Source of the DNA: Candidatus Woesebacteria bacterium
GTDB lineage: Bacteria; Patescibacteriota; Microgenomatia; UBA1400; MFAQ01
Reading direction: 5' to 3'
Assembly: GCA_035389185.1 (NCBI GenBank)
Contig: DAOORK010000001.1
Location: forward strand, 695,419-759,418
DNA length: 64,000 bases
Within the stretch, counting starts at the first letter, position 1. The number at the start of each line of letters is the position of its first letter. The notes beneath the pieces are model-generated. The model searched no databases. It had not been told where the DNA came from and saw nothing but the letters and a program-made list of their open reading frames with translations. Shown in pieces: positions 29,268 through 38,849 of this stretch. The position numbers and the translations under genes are program-made.

Positions 29268-30746
29268 ATGGCAAGCAGACTAGAGGAAATACTAAAAGAA
29301 CGGGAAAAGAAGATTGAAGCCCTTAAAAAAATGGGGATTGATTTGTATCCTGCGCGCTCCATAAAAGAAGCTTCCAATATGGAAGTGGTGGAGAATTTTG
29401 AAAAATACGAAGGGAAGACATTAACCTTGGCCGGAAGAATAATGGCCTGGAGGGAGCATGGCAAACTAATTTTTGGGCAGATTCAGGATCAAAGTGGCAG
29501 AATACAACTGTTTATCAGACAAGACATGATGGGTGCTCGTGATCAGGCCAAACAAACCTTGGGATTTGATGATTTGGAGCTCTTGGATATTGGGGACATC
29601 ATTCAAACAACCGGAGAGATTGTAAAAACCAGAACAGGAGAAGTGTCTGTTCAGGTAAAAGAAATTAAAATGCTGACGAAGGCGAGACTACCCTTACCTG
29701 AAAAATGGGTAGGAATTGTGGATCCGGATGACGCTTTCCGAAAGAGATACCTAGACCTTTTAATGGATCAGGGCAAGATTAGAAGGTTTGAGAGAAAGGC
29801 TAAATTTTGGGCTGAGTGTCGAAAGTTTATGGCCTCCAAAGGATTTATGGAGGTGGAAACGCCAGTGTTGGAGTCGGTGACTGGGGGAGCAGACGCCAGA
29901 CCATTTGTGACTCACATGAACTCGATTGATCAGGATTTTTATATGCGAATTTCGACCGAACTTTATCAAAAGAGACTCATTGGCGCCGGTTTCGAAAAGA
30001 TATACACACTAGCTCCGAACTTTCGTAATGAGGGAATGGATGACGAACATTTGCCGGAGTATTACTCTTTGGAGTGGTACTGGGCTTTCGCAGACTACAG
30101 AGACAATATGCAACTAACTCGTGAACTCTACCGACACATTGCCAAAGAAGTATATGGGAAAACTAAGTTTGTAAGTGGAGGAATGGAGTTTGATTTGGCC
30201 GACGATTGGGAAGAAATTGACTATTTGAAAGTAATTAAAGAAAAGGTTGGAATTGATATTGTGAATTCGACGGATGAGGAAATGAAAGAAGCGATCAAAA
30301 AAGCGGGAGTGAGACTGACTGGAGAAATTAATAGGGCTCGTCTTATTGATAACTGTTGGAAGATTGTCCGCAAAACAATTGCCGGACCGGCATTCCTTTT
30401 AAATGAGCCAAAATTTATGTCGCCCTTGGCCAAGAGTAAACCAGAAGATCCGGAAATAACGGAAAGATTCCATATAATTTTGGCAGGATCCGAGCAGGGA
30501 AATGGCTATTCGGAACTTAATGATCCAGTTGATCAAAAAGAGAGATTTGAAGAGCAGCAAAAAGGAAGAGATAAGGGAGACGAGGAAGCTCAAATGATGG
30601 ATACAGACTTTGTGGAAATGCTTTCATATGGAATGCCGCCAACTTCCGGATTTGGAATGTCAGAGCGACTTTTCTGGGCGATGGAAGACATTTCCGCTCG
30701 TGAGGGAACGCTATTTCCTCCACTTCGTGTTAAGAGGGAAGGATAA
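29268..30746 (+). CDS. lysS: Lysine--tRNA ligase (class II)
   Basis: AGRIMA.R.HGK OB fold, GGADARPF, FRNEG, GMPPTSGFG. Confidence 0.96.
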   Translation: MASRLEEILKEREKKIEALKKMGIDLYPARSIKEASNMEVVENFEKYEGKTLTLAGRIMAWREHGKLIFGQIQDQSGRIQLFIRQDMMGARDQAKQTLGFDDLELLDIGDIIQTTGEIVKTRTGEVSVQVKEIKMLTKARLPLPEKWVGIVDPDDAFRKRYLDLLMDQGKIRRFERKAKFWAECRKFMASKGFMEVETPVLESVTGGADARPFVTHMNSIDQDFYMRISTELYQKRLIGAGFEKIYTLAPNFRNEGMDDEHLPEYYSLEWYWAFADYRDNMQLTRELYRHIAKEVYGKTKFVSGGMEFDLADDWEEIDYLKVIKEKVGIDIVNSTDEEMKEAIKKAGVRLTGEINRARLIDNCWKIVRKTIAGPAFLLNEPKFMSPLAKSKPEDPEITERFHIILAGSEQGNGYSELNDPVDQKERFEEQQKGRDKGDEEAQMMDTDFVEMLSYGMPPTSGFGMSERLFWAMEDISAREGTLFPPLRVKREG

Positions 30747-30747
30747 T

Positions 30748-30777
30748 AAAAAACCTCGGAATAATCCGAGGTTTTTA
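30748..30777. terminator. Bidirectional terminator between lysS and the convergent orphan
   Basis: AAAAAACCTCGGA-ATAA-TCCGAGGTTTTT. Confidence 0.8.
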
Positions 30778-30779
30778 AC

Positions 30780-31121
30780 TTACCTAATGATGGTCACTCT
30801 CTCACCGATAGAGTTAGTGAATGAAACTTTGGTGATGACCATTGCTGATGCCGATTGCCATCTTGTTTGCTGGGGTTTGATCTTTGAGATGGAAAACTCA
30901 CTTCCAATATTGAGAATGTGACGGCCATCTTTGAAGGTAAAGACCAAGCCTCCATTGCCAAGGGCGACGCCTTTGATCTTGGTGTCTTTTGAGCTTGAAC
31001 TTTCGTTGCCGAAGACGCTCAGGATCTTTTTGGTTTCGACAGTAACTTTGGGGTTACCGGCGAAGATCTTTTGGATCTCGGTAATTTGAATTAAATCGCC
31101 ATAAAACACTTTTTTAGGCAC
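30780..31121 (-). CDS. Hypothetical orphan protein
   Basis: Minus strand TTGACA...TACAAT promoter, GGAGG SD, GTG start. Confidence 0.7.
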   Translation of the reverse strand: MPKKVFYGDLIQITEIQKIFAGNPKVTVETKKILSVFGNESSSSKDTKIKGVALGNGGLVFTFKDGRHILNIGSEFSISKIKPQQTRWQSASAMVITKVSFTNSIGERVTIIR

Positions 31122-31226
31122 AATTCCTCCAAAGAGAATTAGATTTTTAAGGTGATGGTATTGTACACCCTATAGTGTGATTTGTCAAGCCTGTAGGTAT
31201 GGATTTGAGAGTGATATACTTAGGGT

Positions 31227-31363
31227 ATAAGTGAATTGCTTTGGCGATCCGATTACCGACCGGGGAGAAGCAGGGAGAAAGCACCAACGCTTTGAATTAA
31301 GAGGCTACCTAGCAAGCAAGATGGAACCGTCCGAAAGGACTCTTGTGAGAAGGGTAGTTTTTT
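31227..31363 (+). promoter_or_regulatory. T-box riboswitch (Thr, specifier ACC), ultrashort stem I, upstream of thrS
   Basis: TATACT 31215-20; GCTTT-GGC-GA-TCCG-ATTACCGAC-CGGG-GA-GAAGC (K-turn-like, ACC at 31255-57); antiterminator CAAGA-TGGAACC-GTCC-GAAA-GGAC-TCTTG (31317-45); downstream hairpin plus T6. Confidence 0.85.
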
Positions 31364-31404
31364 GTTATTAACATATTATTCATCGCCTTTTGGCTCAAAC
31401 AAAA

Positions 31405-33171
31405 ATGGAAGAAACGAAACTGCATGCACTGAGACACAGTGCCGAACACATATTAACTCAAGCAATGGAGAAGATTTGGCCTGGCCAAATCATTAAGGCC
31501 ATGGGTCCTGCTATCGATACCGGATTTTATTTTGACTTTGACACAACAAATGGTTTTAAAGTAACCGAGAATGATTTCCCCAAGATCGAGAAAGAGATGA
31601 AGAAGATTGTTCAACTTAATTTACCTTTTGAAAAACATATTGTGACGGCGGAGAAAGCAAGAGAAATGTTTGCCGACAATCCATATAAACAGGAATGGAT
31701 AGACAAAGCGGAAAAAGATGGAGAGGAAATTTTTGTTTACTGGACGGGTGACCCCGGAAAGGGAGGCTCGTTTGTGGATGTTTGTGCCGGACCTCATGTG
31801 GCTAAAACTATTGAAGTAAAAGCATTTAAACTCTTGTCGATTGCCGGAGCTTATTGGCACGGAGATGAGAAGAATAAGATGCTGACAAGAATTTACGGCA
31901 CGGCTTTCGAGACACAAAAGGAACTCGATAATTATGTTTCTCTTTTGGAAGAAGCCAAAAAAAGAGATCACAGAAAACTAGGTAAAGAGATGGATCTATT
32001 TTCATTTTCAGACCTAATTGGAAGTGGACTGCCTCTGTATTCACCGAAAGGAGCTTTTATCAGAAGAACATTAAATAATTTTGTGGAAGAGATGCAGATT
32101 GCGGAAGGATATACCCAAGTATGGACACCGCAAATTGCAAAGGCAGAACTATTTAAGACTTCAGGACATTACGACAAATATAAAGACTCGATGTTTCGGG
32201 TAGTTTCCAATTACTCCGACGAAGAGATGTTCTTGAAACCAATGAACTGCCCACAACACACACAGATTTTTGCGGCGCAGGCAAGAAGTTATCGTGATTT
32301 GCCTTTGAGATTGACCGACTTCGCCATGCTTTACCGCGATGAGAAACCAGGTGAGTTGTCTGGACTGGCTCGAGCAAGAGCTTTCTCTCAGGATGACTGC
32401 CATATTTTTTGTCGAGAAGATCAGGTGGATGACGAGATAGATATGGCTCTACAGATGACGAAGAAAATTATGGCAACCTTCGGATTTAAATATAAATACC
32501 GACTGTCGACGAGAGACCCACAACACCCAGAAAAATACTTGGGTGACCCGAAAGTGTGGAACAAAGTAGAAAAATGGGCGGAGATTATTATGGAGAGAAA
32601 CCAGATTGAGTATTTCCAGGGACCAGGTGAAGCAGCCTTTTATGCTCCGAAGATGGATCTGATTGCCACCGATGCTCTGGGAAGGGAGTGGCAACTATCG
32701 ACAGTACAAATTGACTTTGTGATGCCGGAGAGGTTTGGACTAGTTTATACCGACCAAGATGGGACTCAGAAACACCCAGTGATGTTACATCGAGCAATTA
32801 TCGGATCAGCAGAACGGATGATGATGATTTTGATTGAACATTTTGGCGGAGCCTTCCCAACATGGTTGTCTCCGGTTCAAGTGGCCGTACTACCTATTTC
32901 CGAAAAAACGATGGAATATTCGGCAGAAGTAGCTGAGAAACTGCAGAAACAAGGAATCAGGGTAGAACTTAATACCGATGCTGACTCTTTGGGTAAAAAA
33001 ATTCGCAATGCTGAAGCTTCCAAAGTGCCATATATGCTAATCATTGGTGAAAAAGAAGCCGAGGCAAAAGAGGTTTCTGTTCGCCAACGAGGTCAAAAAG
33101 ATTTAGGAACAATGAAAGTCTCTGATTTTGCTGAGAAAGTGATTAAAGAAGTGGAGGAGAAGAGTCTGTAA
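31405..33171 (+). CDS. thrS: Threonine--tRNA ligase (no TGS domain)
   Basis: RHSAEH, C.GPH editing motif, RDHRKLG, KPMNCP, HRAIIGS.ER. Confidence 0.96.
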   Translation: MEETKLHALRHSAEHILTQAMEKIWPGQIIKAMGPAIDTGFYFDFDTTNGFKVTENDFPKIEKEMKKIVQLNLPFEKHIVTAEKAREMFADNPYKQEWIDKAEKDGEEIFVYWTGDPGKGGSFVDVCAGPHVAKTIEVKAFKLLSIAGAYWHGDEKNKMLTRIYGTAFETQKELDNYVSLLEEAKKRDHRKLGKEMDLFSFSDLIGSGLPLYSPKGAFIRRTLNNFVEEMQIAEGYTQVWTPQIAKAELFKTSGHYDKYKDSMFRVVSNYSDEEMFLKPMNCPQHTQIFAAQARSYRDLPLRLTDFAMLYRDEKPGELSGLARARAFSQDDCHIFCREDQVDDEIDMALQMTKKIMATFGFKYKYRLSTRDPQHPEKYLGDPKVWNKVEKWAEIIMERNQIEYFQGPGEAAFYAPKMDLIATDALGREWQLSTVQIDFVMPERFGLVYTDQDGTQKHPVMLHRAIIGSAERMMMILIEHFGGAFPTWLSPVQVAVLPISEKTMEYSAEVAEKLQKQGIRVELNTDADSLGKKIRNAEASKVPYMLIIGEKEAEAKEVSVRQRGQKDLGTMKVSDFAEKVIKEVEEKSL

Positions 33172-33177
33172 AGGATT

Positions 33178-33356
33178 TTTCTTCGACGAAACCTGCCGCC
33201 TCATACCATTTTCAAAAACCGGATGCTCTTTCGCCTGCGCGAAAGCCATCCATTGTTTGCAGTGAAATTTTTCATGGGTACATGAAAACCAGGCAATTTC
33301 ACTTTGCGCAATATTTTTGAAAAGGTACAAGGCTTCGGTCTTTGTCGTCTCAGAAA
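33178..33356. repeat. Branched palindromic element, copy A (thrS-tyrS intergenic)
   Basis: Long interrupted outer stem (e.g. TTTTCAAAAA/TTTTTGAAAA, TACC/GGTA); inner GTGAAATT-[TTTCATG-GGTA-CATGAAA]-ACCAGGC-AATTTCAC. Confidence 0.75.
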
Positions 33357-33392
33357 TTATTTATCACGCCTGAGATGAGATACAATAGCTAT

Positions 33393-34628
33393 ATGGAAGA
33401 AGCGAGAAAGAAAGAACTTATTGAGAGCTTCTTGACGCGCGGCGTTGAGAATTACATTCCGAACAAAGCAGAAATCGAAAAAATGCTTAATTCGGGGAGA
33501 GTTCTTAACGTGTATATGGGAATTGACCCCACGGCAACAAAGATTCATTTGGGTCATGCTTTCCCCCTGCGTAAACTGCAAATATTGGCTGAGCTGGGAC
33601 ACCATGTGACCTTCCTTATTGGCGACTTTACGGCAACGGTTGGAGACACCTCGGACAAAGAAACTGAGAGGCCAATGCTCTCACGTGAGCAAATTGAAGA
33701 AAATTTCAAAGACTACAGAAGACAAGCAAAGAAGTTTTTGGACTTTTCGAAAATTGAGGTTCATTTCAATAGCGAGTGGCTGAGTAAACTGGACTTCGCG
33801 GCAGTTCTAAAACTAACAAAACACTTTTCCTTAAACGATTTTATTAGCCGAGAATTAATTAAAAAGAGACTTTTGGAAGGGAAAAGTGTGTCACTACCGG
33901 AAGTACTTTACCCAATCATGCAAGGTTATGACAGTATGGCACTCGACACCGATATTCAGATTGGGGGAACCGACCAGACATTTAATATGCAGGCAGGGAG
34001 AACTTTGATTAAAGACCTAAAGGGAAAAGACTCATGCATTATTACCAATGGCTTTTTGCCAGGGACTGATGGACGCAAGATGAGTAAAACCTGGGGGAAC
34101 GCGATTTGGTTGGAAGACTCACCAGAAGAGGTGTTTGGAAAAGTAATGTCGGTGAAAGACGATATGATTGTCACCTACTATGTTATGGGAACTAACGCTC
34201 CTCAAAATGTAATTGATGAGGCTAAGAAACGTCTTGAGAGCGGGGAGAATCCGATGAATATAAAGAGGGAGTTGGCTAGAGTGATTGTGAAAGAACTTTG
34301 CGGTAAAGAAGAGGTAGATGCGGCAGAAGAATTTTTCCAAAAAACTGTCGTGGAAAAGAAGGTGGACGAAAATGCCTTGGAGATTACTACTAATGTCGAT
34401 GAATTGGGAATTGTTCAACCGATAATTAAAGACGGAACTAGTTTACTGGATTTTATTGTTGACTCAGGGTTAGCACAAAGTAAATCTGAAGCAAAAAGAT
34501 TGTTGGAGGAAGGAGCTCTTTATCTTGATGAAAAAAGAATTGTTAAAGGAGACGAGGTAATTAAGCTCCATATTGGTATAAATGTAATTCGTGTAGGTAA
34601 ACGTAAATATTTAAAAATTATTAAATAA
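33393..34628 (+). CDS. tyrS: Tyrosine--tRNA ligase
   Basis: GIDPTA.KIHLGH, YPIMQGYD, GGTDQTFN, KMSKT, S4 domain; TACAAT 6 nt before ATG 33393. Confidence 0.96.
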   Translation: MEEARKKELIESFLTRGVENYIPNKAEIEKMLNSGRVLNVYMGIDPTATKIHLGHAFPLRKLQILAELGHHVTFLIGDFTATVGDTSDKETERPMLSREQIEENFKDYRRQAKKFLDFSKIEVHFNSEWLSKLDFAAVLKLTKHFSLNDFISRELIKKRLLEGKSVSLPEVLYPIMQGYDSMALDTDIQIGGTDQTFNMQAGRTLIKDLKGKDSCIITNGFLPGTDGRKMSKTWGNAIWLEDSPEEVFGKVMSVKDDMIVTYYVMGTNAPQNVIDEAKKRLESGENPMNIKRELARVIVKELCGKEEVDAAEEFFQKTVVEKKVDENALEITTNVDELGIVQPIIKDGTSLLDFIVDSGLAQSKSEAKRLLEEGALYLDEKRIVKGDEVIKLHIGINVIRVGKRKYLKIIK

Positions 34629-34633
34629 ATAAT

Positions 34634-34957
34634 ATGTCAGTTACTTTTGAAGAACTAAACGAAAAAATAATGGATCAGGCGGCAGAGAAAGGTTTCGGAA
34701 CAAAACCGGAAGAGATTTCTGTTCCAGAGAAAATTGCTCTAATACACGCTCAGGTGTCATCGGCCTATGAAGGATATCGGAGTAAAAAGATGACTGGAGG
34801 TTGGAGCTTGGAAGATGAAATGGCTGGTGCAGTGATGAGAATTATCCATTTGTGTGGTGTATTGGGACTAGATCTGGAAGGCGCAATACTGAAGAAATAT
34901 GAGGAAAACAAAACCAGAGAATGGGATTGGAAAAAGATGAACGAGAAACATTCATAG
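34634..34957 (+). CDS. MazG-like all-alpha NTP pyrophosphohydrolase family protein (degenerate acidic motif)
   Basis: IALIH..VS.A.E..R...EDEMA...RI...G.DLE.AI..K...N..R pattern. Confidence 0.65.
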   Translation: MSVTFEELNEKIMDQAAEKGFGTKPEEISVPEKIALIHAQVSSAYEGYRSKKMTGGWSLEDEMAGAVMRIIHLCGVLGLDLEGAILKKYEENKTREWDWKKMNEKHS

Positions 34958-34977
34958 ATGTCGGATAGAATTGATGT

Positions 34978-36297
34978 ATGCAAACTAAAGTAATACCAAG
35001 AATACAAGCAGGATTTATGGAACTCCTGCCAGCAGAACAGATTTTGTTCAATAAGTTTGTGGAAATCATCAAAGAGACTTTTGAGGAGTATGGTTTTGTG
35101 CCGCAAGATACACCTATCGTGGAAAACGCGGATGTGCTTTTTGCCCAGATTGGGGAAGATACCAAAAAAGAAGTCTATCGATTTTCCAAAGGGGACGATG
35201 AACTAGGGCTTAGATTTGATTTGACTGTGCCGTTGGCTCGCTATGTGGCCATGTACAGTAATAGTCTAACGTTCCCCTTTCGCCGTTACCAGATAGGCAA
35301 AACATATCGGGGGGAGAGACCGCAGAAAGGGCGTTTCCGGGAGTTTTATCAGGCTGACATTGATATTATTGGAAATGGAGCCCTGGCTATGGTCAACGAC
35401 GCCGAGATACCGGCAGTAATCAACAAAGTGTTTGAGAAACTGGATTTAGGTGACTTTGTAATTAAGATTAGCAATCGAAAAATTCTTAGCGGACTGTTGG
35501 AAGATCTGGGAGTTGCAGACAAGCGAGATGAAGTATTAAGAATTATCGATAAGCTGGAAAAGGTGGGGCTGGAGACAGATAAACAAATGCTCATTGATTT
35601 GGGAATTACGGCTAGTGATGCCAATAAAATTATGGATTTTGTCCGTTTGGGAGGAAGCAATGTCAAGATTTTGGAGAGTCTTGGAAAAATGGAGATTGAC
35701 AACGAGACGTTTAAACAGGGAGTAACGGAGCTATTCGAAGTAGTGAAAAAAGCCGGAGAGTTTGGGGTGCCGGAGAAAAATATGCAGATTGATTTGGCAA
35801 TTGCCCGAGGCCTTTCATATTACACCGGGACAGTCTACGAAACAAAACTCTTGGATGATCGGGTGAAAGGAAGTGTTTGCGGCGGTGGAAGGTACGATAA
35901 TCTGGCTGAAAGTTATAGCAATCAAAGTTTCCCCGGAGTTGGAGTTTCTATCGGCCTCACCAGATTGTTTTCGCAACTGTTGGATGCCGGGATGATTAAA
36001 GCAGAAACGGCTACACCAGCCAAAGTGCTGGTAGTGCCAATGGAAGCCGATATGCCTTTTGCACTTGAAGTTTCCGGGAAACTACGAGAGGCAGGAGTAC
36101 CAACAGAACTTTATACCGAAGACGATAAATTCAAAAAGAAACTCATTTATGCCAATAAAATTGGAGTACCATATGTGGCAATTATTGGTGAAGATGAAGT
36201 GAACAAAAAGAAAGTGGCTTTGAAAAATATGAAGACGGGAGAACAGAAATTATTGACAATAATGGAGGTATCAGAGGAATTAGAGAATAATATATAG
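34978..36297 (+). CDS. hisS: Histidine--tRNA ligase
   Basis: LRFDLTVPLAR, RGERPQKGRFREFYQ, ARGLSYYTG, GGGRYD. Confidence 0.96.
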   Translation: MQTKVIPRIQAGFMELLPAEQILFNKFVEIIKETFEEYGFVPQDTPIVENADVLFAQIGEDTKKEVYRFSKGDDELGLRFDLTVPLARYVAMYSNSLTFPFRRYQIGKTYRGERPQKGRFREFYQADIDIIGNGALAMVNDAEIPAVINKVFEKLDLGDFVIKISNRKILSGLLEDLGVADKRDEVLRIIDKLEKVGLETDKQMLIDLGITASDANKIMDFVRLGGSNVKILESLGKMEIDNETFKQGVTELFEVVKKAGEFGVPEKNMQIDLAIARGLSYYTGTVYETKLLDDRVKGSVCGGGRYDNLAESYSNQSFPGVGVSIGLTRLFSQLLDAGMIKAETATPAKVLVVPMEADMPFALEVSGKLREAGVPTELYTEDDKFKKKLIYANKIGVPYVAIIGEDEVNKKKVALKNMKTGEQKLLTIMEVSEELENNI

Positions 36298-36780
36298 ATG
36301 GATAACATTGTTATTTCAAGATTAGGAAAAGAAGAAGTTGATAGTTTTTATGAACTTTTCAAATCAGTAGCAAAAACCGACTTTGATGACTGGACGCAAG
36401 AATCAAAGGAAAAATGGCTTTTAGACGACTATTCAATTGAATACTGGAGAACCCTTTTAAAGGAAGATAAGTTGCCAATATTTGTAGCTAAGGATGGAGA
36501 AGAAATGGTTGGATATGTGATGTTGGAAGGAATAAATTTTGGTGTTGCATATTTAGGGTGGATTGGAGTCTTAAAGTCACATCAAAACATGAAAATTGGA
36601 GGAAAATTGATAGAAGAGATGATTGATTGGTGTAAAAATAATCATCTCCATAAAATTGAACTTGAAACACAAGAGACTCATTTGCAGCATTTCTACGAAA
36701 AACACGGATTTGTTTTGGAAGGAATAAGAAAAAATAGTTGGCAAAACCTTGATAATTATATGTACGGGAAAATTCTTTGA
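36298..36780 (+). CDS. GNAT family N-acetyltransferase
   Basis: V...HQNMKIGGKL motif A, FYEKHGF. Confidence 0.85.
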   Translation: MDNIVISRLGKEEVDSFYELFKSVAKTDFDDWTQESKEKWLLDDYSIEYWRTLLKEDKLPIFVAKDGEEMVGYVMLEGINFGVAYLGWIGVLKSHQNMKIGGKLIEEMIDWCKNNHLHKIELETQETHLQHFYEKHGFVLEGIRKNSWQNLDNYMYGKIL

Positions 36781-36849
36781 TCTGGGAAGTGGTAAAATCA
36801 TGCTGCAGGGAGATAAATTAGCCATTAGCTAAACTTCAAGCAAAATATT

Positions 36850-37050
36850 ATGATAGGTACGGTTAAAACAAAAACAGACAGAGGATACGGCTTTATTGCT
36901 CGTGATGGAGAATCAAAAGATCTCTTTTTTCATTCCAATGACTTAAGTGGTATCTCTTTTGAAGAACTACAAACAGGAGCTAAAGTTTCGTTTGATATTG
37001 AAGAGGGTACAAAAGGACCCGCTGCAAAAAACGTAAAAATCGCTGAGTAA
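36850..37050 (+). CDS. Cold-shock domain protein
   Basis: RGYGFI (RNP1), LFFH (RNP2), KGPAAKNV. Confidence 0.93.
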   Translation: MIGTVKTKTDRGYGFIARDGESKDLFFHSNDLSGISFEELQTGAKVSFDIEEGTKGPAAKNVKIAE

Positions 37051-37064
37051 TTTTGATTAGGTAG

Positions 37065-37098
37065 CAAAAAAGCCTCACATTGTGGGGCTTTTTGTTGC
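37065..37098 (+). terminator. Terminator after csp
   Basis: AAAAAGCCTCAC-ATT-GTGGGGCTTTTT. Confidence 0.8.
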
Positions 37099-37175
37099 AT
37101 CAAATATTCCTGTCGAGTATAATCTCAGCGATAAAGTTAACTTTTGGTTCTTTAAACTTATATTAAGGAGGAAAT

Positions 37176-37433
37176 ATGGGAGAAGGTGACTTTGGGGCAT
37201 TTTATTTTTCTGAACAACAAAATAATTTGGGGATACAGGATATCGCCGTGTTCAGAGATATTTTTGGGAAATTACATCGCTATTCATATATGAGGAGTAC
37301 ATTCCCTTTTAAAAAGAAAGTCTCATATTGCAAGGATGCAATATTTATCGGTTTTGGATGGTTTTATGGTTCGTATACAGCTTATTCTTTTTACAATAGT
37401 GGTTTAGCTCGCGATGTCAAAATGAAGCCGTAA
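37176..37433 (+). CDS. Hypothetical orphan protein
   Basis: TATAAT, boxA-like GTTCTTTAAA, AAGGAGG SD, ATG; terminator at 37449-74. Confidence 0.6.
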   Translation: MGEGDFGAFYFSEQQNNLGIQDIAVFRDIFGKLHRYSYMRSTFPFKKKVSYCKDAIFIGFGWFYGSYTAYSFYNSGLARDVKMKP

Positions 37434-37479
37434 ATTATTCCCTTCATACACCACTCAGAAATGGGTGGTTTTTTGTGGT

Positions 37480-38847
37480 TTATTTTAGAGCAGAGAGAAG
37501 CTCCTCAATCTTGACACGCTTTTGAGTGGCAGTATCTCTTTCGCGAACCGTGACAGTGTTGTCTTCGAGGGTGTCGTAGTCAACGGTAATACAGTAAGGA
37601 GTGCCGATCTCGTCTTGAGTGAAGTAGCGTTTGCCGATATTACCTCTTTCGTCTAAGACAGCACTCATGTCTTTCTTTAAATCATTAAAGACCTCATTAG
37701 CTTTTTTGCTTAATTCTTCTTTGTTACCAACCAAGGGGAAGACAGCGACTTTGTATGGTGAAAGAACCTCAGGAAGTTTGAGAACGACTCTTTGTTTTTC
37801 CGTGTCTTCAAAATAGGAGTTCATAAGGATAATAGTAAGTAAACGGGAAAGACCAAAGGTTGGTTCAATAACATGAGGAAGGAATTTTTCCTGGGAGTAT
37901 GGATCTGTGTAGCGAAGATCAACACCTGATTTCTCCATGTGATTTTTGAGATCAAAATCGGTGCGGTAGGCAATTCCAAACATTTCCTTGAAACCCCAGG
38001 GGAATTCGTATTCAAGATCCTCGGTGCGTTTGCTGTAGTGAGCGAGTTCCTCTTTGGTATGAGCACGCCATCGAAGTTTTTCGGCAGGAAGACCTAAATC
38101 AATGGCAAAGTCGTACATTTCTTTTTTCCAGTATTCAAAACTGTTTTCCCAGTCTTCTGGTTTGACAAAATACTCAAACTCGGCCAGATCAAACTCAAGT
38201 GTGCGGAAGGTAAACTTGCCCATAGTGATTTCGTTTCTAAAGGCTTTGCCGGACTGAGCCAGACCAAAAGGAAGTTTGGGGTGAAGGGAGTCAAGAACTT
38301 GTTTGAAGTCGACAAACATACCTTGGGCAAGCTCACCGCGCAGATAAGCGGTATTTTTACCTTCGGTGATGATACCAATCTGAGTTTCAAAAAGCTGATT
38401 GAAGTTACGTACTTTAGTCCAGGTTTTGTTGCCGCATTTGGGACACTTGATGCCCTTGTCGGCAATAATCTGATCGAGTTCTTCAGTGGGTTTACCTTCA
38501 ACATTGTCCAGACCGGCGGCATCTTCTATCAACTGATCAGCACGAGTACGGAAGTGACAAGTGAGACAGTCGACCATAACGTTGGTGAAGTTTACGGTAT
38601 GACCCGAAGCTTCCCAGACTTTGGGACTCATGATGACAGAAGTATCCAAACCAAACATATCAGAACGGGAAGTGACAAAAGTTTTCCACCAGAAATTCAT
38701 GAGATTGCGTTTGAATCCGGTGCCTAGAGGACCGAAGTCATAGGTGTTGGCAAGTCCCCCATAGATTTCCGACCCGGGAAAAATAAAGCCGCGGCGCTTG
38801 GAGAGGGAGATTACTTTATCTAGTATGGTTGATTTGTTATCAGACAT
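37480..38847 (-). CDS. glyQS: Glycine--tRNA ligase (alpha2, archaeal/eukaryote-type)
   Basis: KRRGF..SEIYGG, LRGELAQG, GKAFRNEI, PHVIEP.FG, IGKRY..QDEIGTP. Confidence 0.95.
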   Translation of the reverse strand: MSDNKSTILDKVISLSKRRGFIFPGSEIYGGLANTYDFGPLGTGFKRNLMNFWWKTFVTSRSDMFGLDTSVIMSPKVWEASGHTVNFTNVMVDCLTCHFRTRADQLIEDAAGLDNVEGKPTEELDQIIADKGIKCPKCGNKTWTKVRNFNQLFETQIGIITEGKNTAYLRGELAQGMFVDFKQVLDSLHPKLPFGLAQSGKAFRNEITMGKFTFRTLEFDLAEFEYFVKPEDWENSFEYWKKEMYDFAIDLGLPAEKLRWRAHTKEELAHYSKRTEDLEYEFPWGFKEMFGIAYRTDFDLKNHMEKSGVDLRYTDPYSQEKFLPHVIEPTFGLSRLLTIILMNSYFEDTEKQRVVLKLPEVLSPYKVAVFPLVGNKEELSKKANEVFNDLKKDMSAVLDERGNIGKRYFTQDEIGTPYCITVDYDTLEDNTVTVRERDTATQKRVKIEELLSALK

Positions 38848-38849
38848 AT

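Noticed and set aside
33178-33356. T-box upstream of tyrS
   Set aside because: No UGGNACC bulge; the region is a palindromic element and tyrS has its own -10 box just before the ATG.
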